Of a stretch of DNA of 64,000 bases, positions 37,184 to 49,900 are shown one piece after another. The notes beneath the pieces are model-generated. The model did not search any database and was not told the origin of the DNA. It saw only the letters and a list, made by a program, of their open reading frames with translations. This DNA comes from Anaeramoeba ignava BMAN. Its lineage: Eukaryota > Protista > Anaeramoebae. Location: positions 195,807 to 259,806 of the forward strand of contig JAPDFW010000095.1 of the NCBI GenBank assembly GCA_028826165.1, read 5' to 3'. The position numbers and the translations under genes were made by a program. Positions within the stretch are counted from its first letter, which is position 1; the number at the start of each line of letters is the position of its first letter.

Positions 37184-38247
37184 ATGAGTAGAAGTTATTC
37201 TTGTGGAAATATTTATGATTATGATTGTGGAACTTCTTGTGGTTGGAAAATAATTCATGTTTCAAATTGGGAAGAAATTGATGAAAGTCAACTAAAAGAA
37301 ACAATGGATTTTTTGAATCTTACAAATAAAGAAAAAAAACAAGAAATATGTGAAATTTTATATTTATTTGCAAAAACAAATCCTGAAATTGGATATTATC
37401 AAGGTTTTTAATAGAAAATTCCTTTTTATTTTATTTTTTTTGGATTGAATTTTGAAATCAATATTAAAAATTATAATTGAAAAAAAAAATAGCAATGAGT
37501 CAAATTTTAATTCCAATTTATCATTTATTTTCAACAGATCTAGATTTAGATTTCAAAAGTATTTTATGATTTATTTAATTTTTAATTTAGTTTAATTTAT
37601 AATTTTTTGGAATTGATTTTATTTAGGAAATGCAACTCAAGATTCTTTTTTTTGTTTCTCAAATTTAATTAATGAAATTAAAAAAGATTTAAAATTATTT
37701 CAAAAAAAAATCAAAATTGAAAAAAATCCAATTCTTTTTAATGTTGATCGATTAATTAGATTTTATGATTTAGAATTATCAAATCATTTTGTAAAATTTT
37801 ATTTTAGAAAAGAATTTTTAAAGTTGATTTATTTATTGATTTATTGATTTTAAATAGAGAAAATTATCAATTACTCCTCAAATATATTCTCTTGGTTGGA
37901 TTTCATTACTTTTTACAGGAACATTTAAAATTTCAACTGTATTTAGAATTTGGGAAATTTTTTTTGGAAAAGAAGAAAGATTTAAATTTCTTCCATTTAT
38001 TTGTGCTTCAATTCCAATGTAATTAAAATTTAATTTAAAATTTAATTTAATAAATTTATAAAATAATAAATTAATAAATAGAATGATAAGAGATTTTTTA
38101 TTAAAAGAAAATGAATATGGAATAATGGAACTTCTTCAAAAATTTAAAATGATTGATACAAAACAATTAATTGAACTTTCAATAAAAATTTTTGAAAATT
38201 ATGAAGAATCAAAAAAACAAAAAAAGAAAAAATCATTTTGGAAATGA
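37184..38247 (+). CDS. Degenerate or truncated TBC-domain (Rab-GAP, TBC1D13-like) protein
   Basis: Exons 37184-37403, 37493-37558, 37627-37790, 37858-38018 and 38082-38247 give EILYLFAKTNPEIGYYQAMSQILIPIY..QDSFFCFSNL..YDLELSNHF..PQIYSLGWISLLF..VFRIWE. Confidence 0.8.
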
Positions 38248-38355
38248 TGAAAATAATTTTTTTGTTTGATTGAAAATGAAAATGGAAATGAAAATGAAAA
38301 TGAAAAAAGAAAATTATTTTGTTTTGATTTGATTTAATTTGTTTTGAAAAATTTC

Positions 38356-41300
38356 TTAGTATTTTGATTTTAATTGATGAATAAAAGGAATTGAACCAAA
38401 ATTAACTGAAACTTTTGCATTAGAAGAATTTAAACCAATAGAAGGATATAAAGTTTTTCCAATAAGAACAGATTTCTTATCACGAATAGTTTTGATTAAT
38501 TTTCCATTAAAAGTAAAGAAGAAATTTTTAGTTGAAAAATCAATTCCAAAACCAATTGTATCATTTTTAGAAAATTTTGAACCAAGTTTTCTTCCTTTTT
38601 TAGATTCACAGAAATAAAGTTTTCCATCATCACCATGAAAACCAATAGAATCATCCCAACCAGGTAAACCAACAAGATTGTGACTATCAAGAACAGCACC
38701 AATAACAACAGTTGATTTCGTTCCTGGATCTTCAATAGTGATTTCGAAGTAGTAAATCTTAGTCTTATCAGGAATTGGGAAATTTGAACGAATTGTGATT
38801 GGTTCAGTTGTTGATCTTTGATCATGAATTGTGAAATCTTGAGAATTGCAAGAAATACCTACTTTAACCATATCCATATCAAAACCAGAAGGTAAATTTT
38901 CATCCAACTTTTCAGGAAAGTAAGGAAGTTTTTTGTTGTTTATTGATGCGTGAGCCTTAACTTGTGATTCTGGAAGTGAAGGTTTTGGAACATCGATTGT
39001 TGCATCATACTTGATTTCATGAACAATTTGTCGAATAACTTTTGCCATTTCTTGTAATTCTTTTTCAAGAACTTTGATCTTTGCTCTCAATGATTCAATT
39101 TCATCTTCACTTGTTGTGAGTTCTTGAACATAACGATCACGCAACTCACGTTGATCTTGGGAATCCTTTAAGGTTTTCATGTTCTCACAAATTCTTCTTT
39201 GATTTCGAATGTGATCATTTAATTCTGTTTTCAACGTTGAAAGTTGTCTGTTAAGATCATTTTTGGATTGTAATTTTTGAACAATTTGATAAAGAGTCTC
39301 CTTGATTTCCTTGTTGATAAGATTACTATAAAGCCAACTATCAACACTACTTTGGCTAACACTTTCAAGATAATAAGTATCTGGTTGTCGGGATCTTTCA
39401 ACAACAACAAATGTGATGTGTTCTTTAGCTGGAACATTGAATCTGAAACGATAATAATTTTCTGTTTTTTCAAATGGATCGATTGTATAAACCAATTCAG
39501 TATTTGATGTGATTTTGTGCTCCAAAATAAAATCAAGTTTCTTGGTTGATTTATTATTGATTTTGTATTTTCTCCAATAATAATAATATCTTTCAGTTGT
39601 TAAAACTCCATTCAAAATGGCTGAGTGGAAAAAGCTTTGTGAAGTTGAACCATAATCACTTTCAACAACACATCCAAGTTCAACTGCATATGGAATGATC
39701 TTTGTATCATTTGGTTGAATTGTGTCAAGCATTCCTTCTCCAATGTATTCTCCTTTTTCATACATTGTAATTGGTCCTCCTTCTAAAATCAAACCTGTTG
39801 TGTTTTTGAATAAAATTGATGACATTGATTTTTTTTGAATAAAATTGTTCTCCTGAGAAATGAAATTGGATTTTTATCTCAAACTGCTTCAGATTTTCTT
39901 GTTTGCACATCAAATTTGCTTTCATTTTATCTTCTTTTGAAAAATTTTTATTTTTTATTTTAATATTTATTTTTTTTTATATTGATCTTTTTTATTTTTA
40001 ATATTTTGGATATTTTGATATTTTTGGAACAGATATAATATTTTAATATGATAAAAGATCAATTTTTAATATTTTAATATTTTGGAGATTTTCTTATTTT
40101 TAATATTTTAATATTTTATATTTTGGAATTTTTAATATTTTTTATTTTATCTTTTTTTGAAACCATTTTGGATATTTTAATATTTTAATATTTTTATATT
40201 TTGGATATTTGGATATTTTTTATTTTGGATATTTTTTATATTTTATATTTTGGATATTTTAATATTTTGGATATTTTTATATTTTAATATTTTAATATTT
40301 TAATATTTTGGATATTTTGGATATTTTGGATATTTTTAATATTTAGTATTTTAATATTTTGGATATTTTAATATTTTGGATATTTTGGATATTTTGGATA
40401 TTTTAATATTTTAATATTTTGGATATTTTTAATATTTTTATATTTTGGATATTTTAATATTTTTATATTTTAATATTTTAATATTTTAATATTTTAATAT
40501 TTTAATATTTTTATATTTTAATATTTTGGATATTTTATATTTTGGATATATTTTTATTTTTAATATTTTGGATATTTTGGATACTTTAATATTTTAATAT
40601 TTTGGATATTTTTGGAAAATTTACTTTTTCGTTTTTCTTCGGATCTAGAAATAGAACTTAAAGAAAATGATCTTTCTTTCTCTTTGTACTTTTTCTTTTT
40701 CTCTATATATTCATCTTCAGAATCATCATCAGAATAATCACTTTCACTTTCACTTCTACTTCTACTTCTACTTTCAAGAGCTTTTTCCAAAACAGGAGGA
40801 GCGAAAGCAGCTTCATCTTGAACTTCTATTCTTGGTCTAACCTGAAATCTTGGAGAATATAAATCATGAATAAAAGAAATAGGAAGACCACTAACAAGTT
40901 CCAACTGAATATTTTTCCAGTCTTCTTCAGTAGTATTATCAACAATAGCCCAACCTTGAAGAATAGGTTCTTGTGCCCCCAACATAACCCTATAAGAAGT
41001 TTTCCAAACCGGTAATGGAATGATATAAGTTGCTCTAAAAGTACGTTTCTTTTTCCCTTTACAAAACACTGTAACATTTTTAATACTTTTTTTCTTTGAT
41101 GAAATCAAAACGTCAAGAAGATGTTGCAAATCCCTTTTGATTTCTTCATCCAAAAATTCAACATCATCAATTTCAATCAAACTAAAAGTTTTAATTTCAT
41201 TCTCATTAAGTAGCAAAGTAAGATAATCCAAATCAAGATAACCAGGAATTCCATCTTCAATTTCACGTTTTTTCTTTTCCTCAATTCCAATTACAAGACC

Positions 41301-41609
41301 TTCATAAGTTTTGCCTGCATAATTGACAGCTATTTTTGCACCTTGAATTTCAGCTAATAATTTACTCATTGATTTTTCACTTTCCAAATCAATAAGAATA
41401 TTTGGTTGTTTGCTTCCCATTCCTTCATAACTTATCCCACTAACATAACCACCTCCATTATCATAAGTTGTTAAACTTTTTAAAATATCATTCATTACAT
41501 CTTCTTTAAAAGTTAAAACCAAATTTTGATCTCCTTGTATTTTTTCTTCTCTTTCAAAATAACCTATTCCATGTCTAAACAAAACACATTTTCTTACTGG
41601 TAAAACCAT
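38356..41609 (-). CDS. DUF4139-like protein with coiled coil and C-terminal SPRY domain (at least 2 exons; middle unresolved)
   Basis: N-terminal LPVRKCVLFRHGIGYFER, MNDILKSLT, PVWKTSYR, LQGWAIVDNTTEEDW and FIHDLYSP. Later KNTTGLILEGGPIT. SPRY motifs YYFEITI, LPGWDDSIGFHGDDG, DTIGFG and VNFG. Splice donor at about 40624. Confidence 0.75.
39960..40620. repeat. (ATATTTTA)/(ATATTTTGG) degenerate satellite within the DUF4139-SPRY intron
   Basis: Directly visible 8-9-mer repeats. Confidence 0.85.
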
Positions 41610-41862
41610 TTTAAAATTTTTTGCTTTTTTTTTGTTTTTATTTTTGGAAATTTAAATAAAAAGAATAAAATAGAAAAATGAAATAAAAAAAAAATAATTT
41701 AAATTGAGAACTGAATTAAATCTTTTTTTTTCTCCTTTTTATTTATTTATTTTTTTTTTCTCTTTTTAATTTTTCATTTTTTTTCTTTTCAAAAAAAAAA
41801 AATAAAATTATTTTCAAATTATAAATTATAAATTATAAATTATAAATTATAAATAAAGAAAA

Positions 41863-43937
41863 ATGAATGATTGTTTATTTTTTGGTTGGGATAAATACCC
41901 AAAACATATTGAAAATGAACAAGATTCAATAATAAAACCAATTCAAATTAAAATTCAATTCAAAAACAAAAACCAAAACAAAAATCAAAATCAAAATCAA
42001 ATTGAAAATCAAAACCAAAATCAAAATCAAAATCAAAATCAAAACCAAAATCAAAATGAAATTCAAAATAAAAATAAAAATCAAAATCAAAATCAAATTC
42101 AAAATGGAATACTAAAACCAATAAAAATGAAATTTGAAAAAGAAAAAGAAAAAGAAATTCAAATAATAAAACAAAATGAAAATGAAAAAGAAAATGAAAA
42201 TGAAAATGAAAATGAAAATGAAAATGAAAATGAAAATGAAAATGAAAATGAAATTGAAAATGAAAATGAAAATGAAAATGAAAAACAAATTAAACAAATT
42301 TCAACAAGTTTTTTTTCAACAATTTTCCTTTTTGAAAATGGAAAAGCAATAGAATATTTAAATGATTCAAAACAAAATCCTTCAAAAATTCAAATTGAAG
42401 AAAATATTCAAAAAGTAACTGTTGGTTATCAAAATGAAGCTATTTTAACATTAGAAGGAAATGTATTTGCCAAAGGAAAATATATTAATCCAAAAAATCC
42501 AAAAGAATTTATCAATATTTCATCATTAATTGAAGATAAAAATGATAGAATAATTCAAGATGTTGTTTGTTCAAGATTTTCAATTTACTTATTAACTTCA
42601 AATCAAAATGTTTATGGAATTGGTTCAAATGAATCTAGTCAACTTGGTTCTAATTCTATAACACTTAAACAAACACAAAAACCAATTTTAATGATGAAAA
42701 ATATTTCTAAAATATTTTCAGGAATTTGTTCCTATGTAGTTTTTCTTTTAAATTCAAATCAAGAATTATTTGGATGTGGTAATAATCAATATGGGAAACT
42801 TGGATTAGGAGAATCAAAAAGAAAAAAACTAAAAATCAAAAATTAACGAAAATCCAAAATATTCCAAAAGGCAAAATAATTGATATTCAATGTGGAGCTG
42901 CTTTTTCAATAATGTTGGTTGAAAATGAAAATCAAAATCCAAAAAGAAAACTTTATTCATGTGGAGACTGGGAAGATAATGGACTTGGCAAAGATGAAGA
43001 TGAAGATACTTATGAATTTACTGAAATCAAATCATCTTTATTTGAAAATGATGATTATATTCTTGATTTTTCTGTTGGGATTAATCATACTTTGATTTTA
43101 ACATCCAATTCAAAATTAATAGGATTTGGATACAATTATTATGGTCAATTAGGAACTGGAGATACAGATGATCAATCAATTCCAATTCAAATTGAACTTC
43201 CTAAATTAAGATTTAATGAAGATATTTCCAATTATCATTTTTCTTGTGGATTTAATAAATCATTTATTTATTATTCTCCTCCTTCTTTTTCCAATCTTGA
43301 AGAAGATTTGATAAAATTATTTAAAAGAAAAGAATTTTGTGATATTTCATTTAAAACAGAAAATGGAGAAATAATTGAAGCTCATAAATTAATATTAAAA
43401 TATAGATTAAATCAAAATCAAAATCAAAATGAAATTGAAAAACTTCAAGAAATTATTTCAAATAAATCAAATCAAGAATCAAATCAAATATTTGAAATGA
43501 TTTATTCAAACAATTCCATATTAAATCCAAAATTATATTCTGAAATTAAAGAAATTATAAATTCCAATGAAAAAATTGAAGAAACAATTAAAAGAATTTA
43601 TTTAAATGAAAAAGAAAAAGATTTTATAATTGAAAGAAAAGAAAAACAATATAAATTTCCAAAATTAATATTAATAATGAGAAGTGAATTATATCGAGGA
43701 ATGTTTTTATCTGTAACAGAAGATACTTCAAATAAAGTTACAGATTATAGTGAATTAAGTAATAAATCATTTCAAATATTTGAATATTGGATTTATTCAA
43801 ATCAAATTAAAGATGAAATTAAAATTACACAAGAAATAATTGATGAAATTCAAATAGGAATTGATTATTTCCAATTAAATCAAACAAATCCAAATTTATT
43901 TGATTTATTAATTAGGAAATTTAATAATCAAAATTAA
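41863..43937 (+). CDS. RCC1-like propeller + tandem BTB protein, copy 5 (expanded NQ/EN insert; frameshift at about 42835)
   Basis: ORFs 41863-42846 and 42912-43937 join into one paralog. Confidence 0.87.
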
Positions 43938-44400
43938 AATTAAAATTTAAAATTAAAATTAAAATTAAAATTAAAATTAAAATTAAAATTAAAATTAAAA
44001 TTAAAATTAAAATTAAAATTAAAATTAAAATTTAAAATTAAAATTAAAATTAAAATTAAAATTAAAATTAAAATTAAAATTAAAATTAAATTCAAAATTA
44101 AAATTAAAATTAAAATTAAAATTAAAATTAAAATTAAAATTTAAAATTAAAATTAAAATTAAAATTAAAATTAAAATTAAAATTAAAATTAAAATTAAAA
44201 TTAAAATTAAAATTAAAATTAAAATTAAAATTAAAATTAAAATTAAAATTAAAATTCAAATTAAAATCAAAAATTAAAATTAAAATCAAAATTAAAATCA
44301 AAATTAAAATTAAAATTAAAATTCAAATTAAAATCAAAATTAAAATTAAAATCAAAATTAAAATTAAAAAATCATTTTTTCATTTTTTTCCTTTTCAAAA

Positions 44401-46218
44401 ATGAATGAAATTTTATTTTTTGGTGATAATGAAGAACTAAAACTTATCAAAAATGAACCATATCAAATAACAAAACCAATTCAATTTAAATTTGAAAATG
44501 AAAATGAAAATGAAAATGAAAATGAAAATGAAAAACAAATTAAACAAATTTCATCAGGAAGTTATTCAACAATTTTCCTTTTTAAAAATGGAAAAGCAAT
44601 AGAATATCTAAAAGAAAATGATTCAAAACAAAATCCTTCAAAAATCCAAATTGAAAATATTCAAAAAGTAACTGTTGGTTATCAAAATGAAGCTATTTTA
44701 ACAATAGAAGGAAATGTATTTGCCAAAGGAAAAGATATTAATCCAAAAAATCTAAATGAATTTATCAATATTTCATCATTAATTGAAGATAAAAATGATA
44801 GAATAATTGAAGATATTGTTTCTGGATCTAATTCAATTTATTTATTAACTTCAAATCAAAATGTTTATGGAATTGGTTCAAATGAATCTAGTCAACTTGG
44901 AGTTGATTCTAATGCACTTCCAAAAACAGAAAAACCAATTTTAATGATGAAAAATGTTTCTAAAATATTTTCAGGAAATTGTTCAAATCATGTTTTTCTT
45001 TTAAATTCAAATAAAGAATTATTTGGATGCGGTGATAATCGATATGGTCAACTTGGATTAGGAAAATCAAGAAAAAAAGAATCAAAAATACAAAAATTAA
45101 CCAAAATCCAAAATATTCCAAAAGGCAAAATAATTGATATTCAATGTGGATGTACTCATTCAATAATGTTAATTGAAAATCAAAATCAAAATCAAAATCC
45201 AAAAAGAAAACTTTATTCATGTGGTTATTGGAGATATAATGGATTTGGCAAAAATCAAGATACTTATGAATTTACTGAAATCAAATCATCTTTATTTGAA
45301 AATGATGATAATATTCTTGATTTTTCTGTTGGATTTATTGATACTTTGATTTTAACATCAAATTCAAAATTAATAGTATTTGGATATAATTATTATGGTC
45401 AATTAGGAACTGGAAATACAAAAAATCAATCAATTCCAATTCAAATTGAACTTCCTAAATTAAGATTTAATGAAGATATTTCCAATTATCATGTTTCTTG
45501 TGGATATTCAAAATCATTTATTTATTATTCTCCTTTTCTTTCTTCTTTTTCCAATCTTGAAGAAGATTTGATAAAATTATTTAGAAGAAAAGAATTTTGT
45601 GATATTTCATTTAAAACCAAAAATGGAGAAATAATTGAAGCTCATAAATTAATATTGAAATATAGATTAAATCAAAATCAAAATCAAAATGAAAAACTTC
45701 AAGAAATTATTTCAAAAAAATCAATTAAAGAATCAAATCAAATATTTGAAATAATTTATTCAAACAGAATAATAAATCCAAAATTATATTCTGAAATTAA
45801 AGAAATTATAAATTCCAATGAAAAAATAGAAGAAACAATGAAAAAAATTTATTTAAATGAAAATGAAAATGAAAAAGATTTTATTATTGAAAGAAAAGAA
45901 AAACAATATAAATTTCCAAAATTAATATTAATAATGAGAAGTGAATTATATCGAGGAATGTTTTTATCTGTAACAAATGATACTTCTAATAAAGTTACAG
46001 ATTATAGTGAATTAAGTAATAAATCATTTCAAATATTTGAATATTGGATTTATTCAAATCAAATTAAAGATGATATTGAAATTACACAAGAAATAATTAA
46101 TGAAATTAAAATAGGAATTGATTATTTTCAATTAAATCAAACAAATCCAAATTTATTTGATTTATTAATTAGGAAATTTAATAATCAAAAAAAGAAAAAT
46201 GATTGTTTAATTTTTTAA
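44401..46218 (+). CDS. RCC1-like propeller + tandem BTB protein, copy 6 (intact)
   Basis: 605-aa ORF with the family motifs. Confidence 0.92.
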   Translation: MNEILFFGDNEELKLIKNEPYQITKPIQFKFENENENENENENEKQIKQISSGSYSTIFLFKNGKAIEYLKENDSKQNPSKIQIENIQKVTVGYQNEAILTIEGNVFAKGKDINPKNLNEFINISSLIEDKNDRIIEDIVSGSNSIYLLTSNQNVYGIGSNESSQLGVDSNALPKTEKPILMMKNVSKIFSGNCSNHVFLLNSNKELFGCGDNRYGQLGLGKSRKKESKIQKLTKIQNIPKGKIIDIQCGCTHSIMLIENQNQNQNPKRKLYSCGYWRYNGFGKNQDTYEFTEIKSSLFENDDNILDFSVGFIDTLILTSNSKLIVFGYNYYGQLGTGNTKNQSIPIQIELPKLRFNEDISNYHVSCGYSKSFIYYSPFLSSFSNLEEDLIKLFRRKEFCDISFKTKNGEIIEAHKLILKYRLNQNQNQNEKLQEIISKKSIKESNQIFEIIYSNRIINPKLYSEIKEIINSNEKIEETMKKIYLNENENEKDFIIERKEKQYKFPKLILIMRSELYRGMFLSVTNDTSNKVTDYSELSNKSFQIFEYWIYSNQIKDDIEITQEIINEIKIGIDYFQLNQTNPNLFDLLIRKFNNQKKKNDCLIF

Positions 46219-46267
46219 ATAAGAAATTATTGAAGAACTTCAAACAGGAATTGATTTTTTTCAATTA
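46198..46267 (+). pseudogene. Collapsed remnant of an RCC1-BTB copy (5' start fused to 3' end)
   Basis: aatgattgttta (family start NDCL) is followed by gaaattattgaagaacttcaaacaggaattgatttttttcaatta (family end EIIxExxxGIDxFQL). A second instance lies at about 57527-57596. Confidence 0.6.
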
Positions 46268-46955
46268 AAATTAAAATTAAAATCAAAATTAAAATTAAAA
46301 TTAAAATTAAAATTAAAATTAAAATTAAAATTAAAATTAAAATTAAAATTAAAATTAAAATTAAAATTAAAATTAAAATTAAATTTTAAAATTAAAATTA
46401 AAATTAAAATTAAAATTAAAATTAAAATTAAAATTAAAAATTAAAATTAAAATTGAAATTCCAATTAAAATTAAAATTAAAATTAAAATTAAAATTAAAA
46501 TTAAAATTAAAATTAAAATCAAAATTAAATTTAAAATTAAAATCAAAAATCATTGTTGAGAAATGAAAAAGTGGTCTTTTTTTTTCAAATTTGATCAAAC
46601 TTTCAAATTTGCCTGACTGATTACTGATATTGAAAAAAAGAATTGATTTTTTTAATTTTATTTTAAATTGTTTAAAATAAAAAGAAAGTAGATATTTTCG
46701 TTTTTAAAAAGAACTTGAATAGAAAATTAAAGAAAAATATAAAAAGGATTTAATAAAGTTGTGTTTTTTCTTGGAAGAAATGAAAAGTAGACAATTTTTT
46801 TTGATCAACAAGAAAAAAAAAAAAGAAAAAATAAAAATTTAATTGTGGGCAAAAAAAAGCTTAAAAGAAATTTGATTAAGAAAAAAAATGGAATCATTTA
46901 TCTCTTGTTTTCTATCTTTTTTTTAAAGCTTTTTCTTATTTTTTTTTCAAGAAAG

Positions 46956-49900
46956 ATGAAAAACAAATGTTCTAAATTCTGGAAAAAAGTGTTTAAATGG
47001 ATTGGCAAACCTCAATTTCTTGATTTTGTTGGAGATGATGTTATTTGGCGCACAATGACTATTCTTTTTCTTGCAAGCTTTTTCATTTTTACTTTTGGTA
47101 TTGCAATCAGATATTTACTTGAAGGATTAGATTTAAGGGAAGATAAAATTGCAACAAAGTAAGAGGGAGAAAAAAATTTTTTTTTAGTTTTTTTCTTTTT
47201 TCATCTGTTTAACTTTTTTATTTAATTGGATTTTAGTCTAGCTTTCTTCAAATTCCCAAATGAAACTGAAGTTTTTTATGGACAACCAATCTCTGCTAAA
47301 GTAAAACCATTTCTTTTTTTACTTTTTGTTTATTCTTTGGTTTTTTTAATTTATTTTTTTTGTTTTATTCTTTTTGATAATAGTTAAGAGTTTCAAAAAA
47401 GTTTAAATCAGATGGAATTTTTGATTGTGCAGTTTCTGTTCAAGCTTCTTCTTTTGATTCAGTTGAAAAAGAATCTGATTTCACTTTATTGGAATTAAGA
47501 GAAAAAATCAAATCAGATCCTCAATTATTTGGAGGTTTAACTCAATATTCAGATCAAGATGGAATTGTGAAGTTTTCAGATATTTCAATCATTTCAGGTT
47601 CAAGTAATACAGTGAAATTAACTTTTTCTTCAAATTGTAATTGGAAAAATGAATTAGATTTATCAGGTCCAAGTAAGAATAATAAATTTAAATAAATATT
47701 CTTTTTTCACTTATTAAAATTCTTTCTTTTTCAATTTCTAATAGATCGGAAAATTAATTTGGGATATGACTCAAAAGCCACAGAAATTGAATTTCCAGTT
47801 ACAATGAAATCAAAAAGTAAGAAATATCCTTCTTATTTTCACAATCAAATACTTATTTTTCTTTTTCATTTTCTTTTTCTTTTATTTTAGTCCAAAATTT
47901 TTATCTACTCAATAATGATTCAATAAACAAAGGAACTTTTGATTATGGAGAAGAGATTTTATTGGTTATGAATATTACTAACAAAGAGGAATTTTTAAAT
48001 TCAGAATTAGAAGGAGTAAGATTTTCATTTGTTCCAGGAAATCGTTCTTTAGTTTATGCAGAATATGAAGCTTATGGTAAAAATAAATTTTAATTTTGAA
48101 TTAGATTTTAATTTTAATTTTAATTTTTTGAAATAGCTGTTTATGAATTAGTTGATTATTCTTTGGATGAAAATGGATTGGCGAATAACACTATCAAATT
48201 TCTTGGATCAACTTCAACACAAATGAGATTTACATCATTTGCTCAAGGAGTTCAATTATCTTATGAAGATCCTTTGGGAAATGATGTTGAAGGATATTTT
48301 GAACTTAATTTTACAACAAAAGGTTTGATTTGTTAATTCAATTTTCTTTCTTTGTTTTTTGTTCACTTGTTTTGTTTTTCTTCTTATTCAAATTTTGAAA
48401 ATAGTGAAAAGTGTTGGAATTTCTCAAAATGGATCCTTATCTGTTAAAGAAGGTGAAAAGTTTTCAACACCATGGATTATTTCTGTTAAAGATGAAAATG
48501 ATTTTCCAATTCCAAATAAACCTGTTTTTGTTAAACTTTCAAAAGATTGTAACACTGAGGTTTCAGAAGATCAAGAACCCTTTATTGACGAAAAGTCACT
48601 TTATAACTCTTTGGTTTTTACAGATGAATCAGGAAAGTAAGAAAAATCCAAAAAAATTTTTGTTTTTTTTTTCATTTTGGAATTTGATTTTAAATTTTTT
48701 TTTTAGTGCCGTTTTCACAGATCTCAAGTTTTCAATTTACGGGTTTACTACTTCATCTTGTAGATTTCAAATCAAATTCATTAGTGATGGAGTTTCTGTT
48801 GTAACTGATGATATTCAAGTTAATTCATCCATTTCGAAAATTGTTTGGACAAATAAAATGACAAATCTAACGATTCTCTACACTTCACAGATGAATGCAG
48901 ATTTTTGGCCTGTTATTCAAGTTCAAGATGAATTAGGGAAAGGAATTGCTAATAAATTAGTCTATTTAGTAATTTCAAATTTTACACTCAGTCCTTCCTA
49001 TTTTCAAACTGATCAAAATGGATTTGCTTTGATTCATACAGATATTGCCCAAATGGGACTTGTTGAAGGTTTGTCAGAACAAACTTATTATGTGTGGGTT
49101 GATGATTATATTTCAGAAACATTCCCTGTTAATGTAACAAATTATGTTTAATTGGAACGAAACGATTAGATCAGGAGAAATATTGAACTTGGATATTGTT
49201 ATTCAAGATTTCTATGGAGATATTATCGAAGATGATTTTTATGTCTCTGCTTTTATTGCAATTCAAGATGTTGCTCTTGATTATTTAATTATTCCTGAAG
49301 AAGGATATTGGCAAATTTCAAATGGATCTGGAACAATTTCAACAAGAATATTTGGAAAGGAAATGCAATCAGTAATTTTTTTGGTTGCTTCAAGATATGA
49401 AATCCCTGATGTAAATCATTCTGAATGTTGGAATTATTTTCGATTTGTATTGGCAAATGATGTAGAAGAAGTTGAGATTAGTTATTCTCCTGATGTTGAT
49501 AATTATTTTATTCCACACCAAAGTTTTGGAAATGAATCCATTCGAGTAAAAGTATCTGGAAATAATCTTACAGGAACAGATGTAACAGTTCATGTAGCTG
49601 CTTTGAATGCATGGGATCCTTATTTTGATATTTTTGGATTAAATTCAAGTTATCGAGCTCGAAATTTAACAAATGTTCTATTTGAATCAAACTACACTTT
49701 AGATGGAAATAGTAATTTAATTTAATTTAATTTAATTTAATTTTTTCTTCTTATTAATTTTTTTTTTTGGGATTTTTTAGATGAATTAATTTTAGATGAT
49801 TTTGTGATTAACGACCAAACAAATTATGGTATCGATTTTCAACATGAACCATTCGATTTACTTGTTTTTGTGAATGGAATTCCAGCAACAAGTGAAATTT

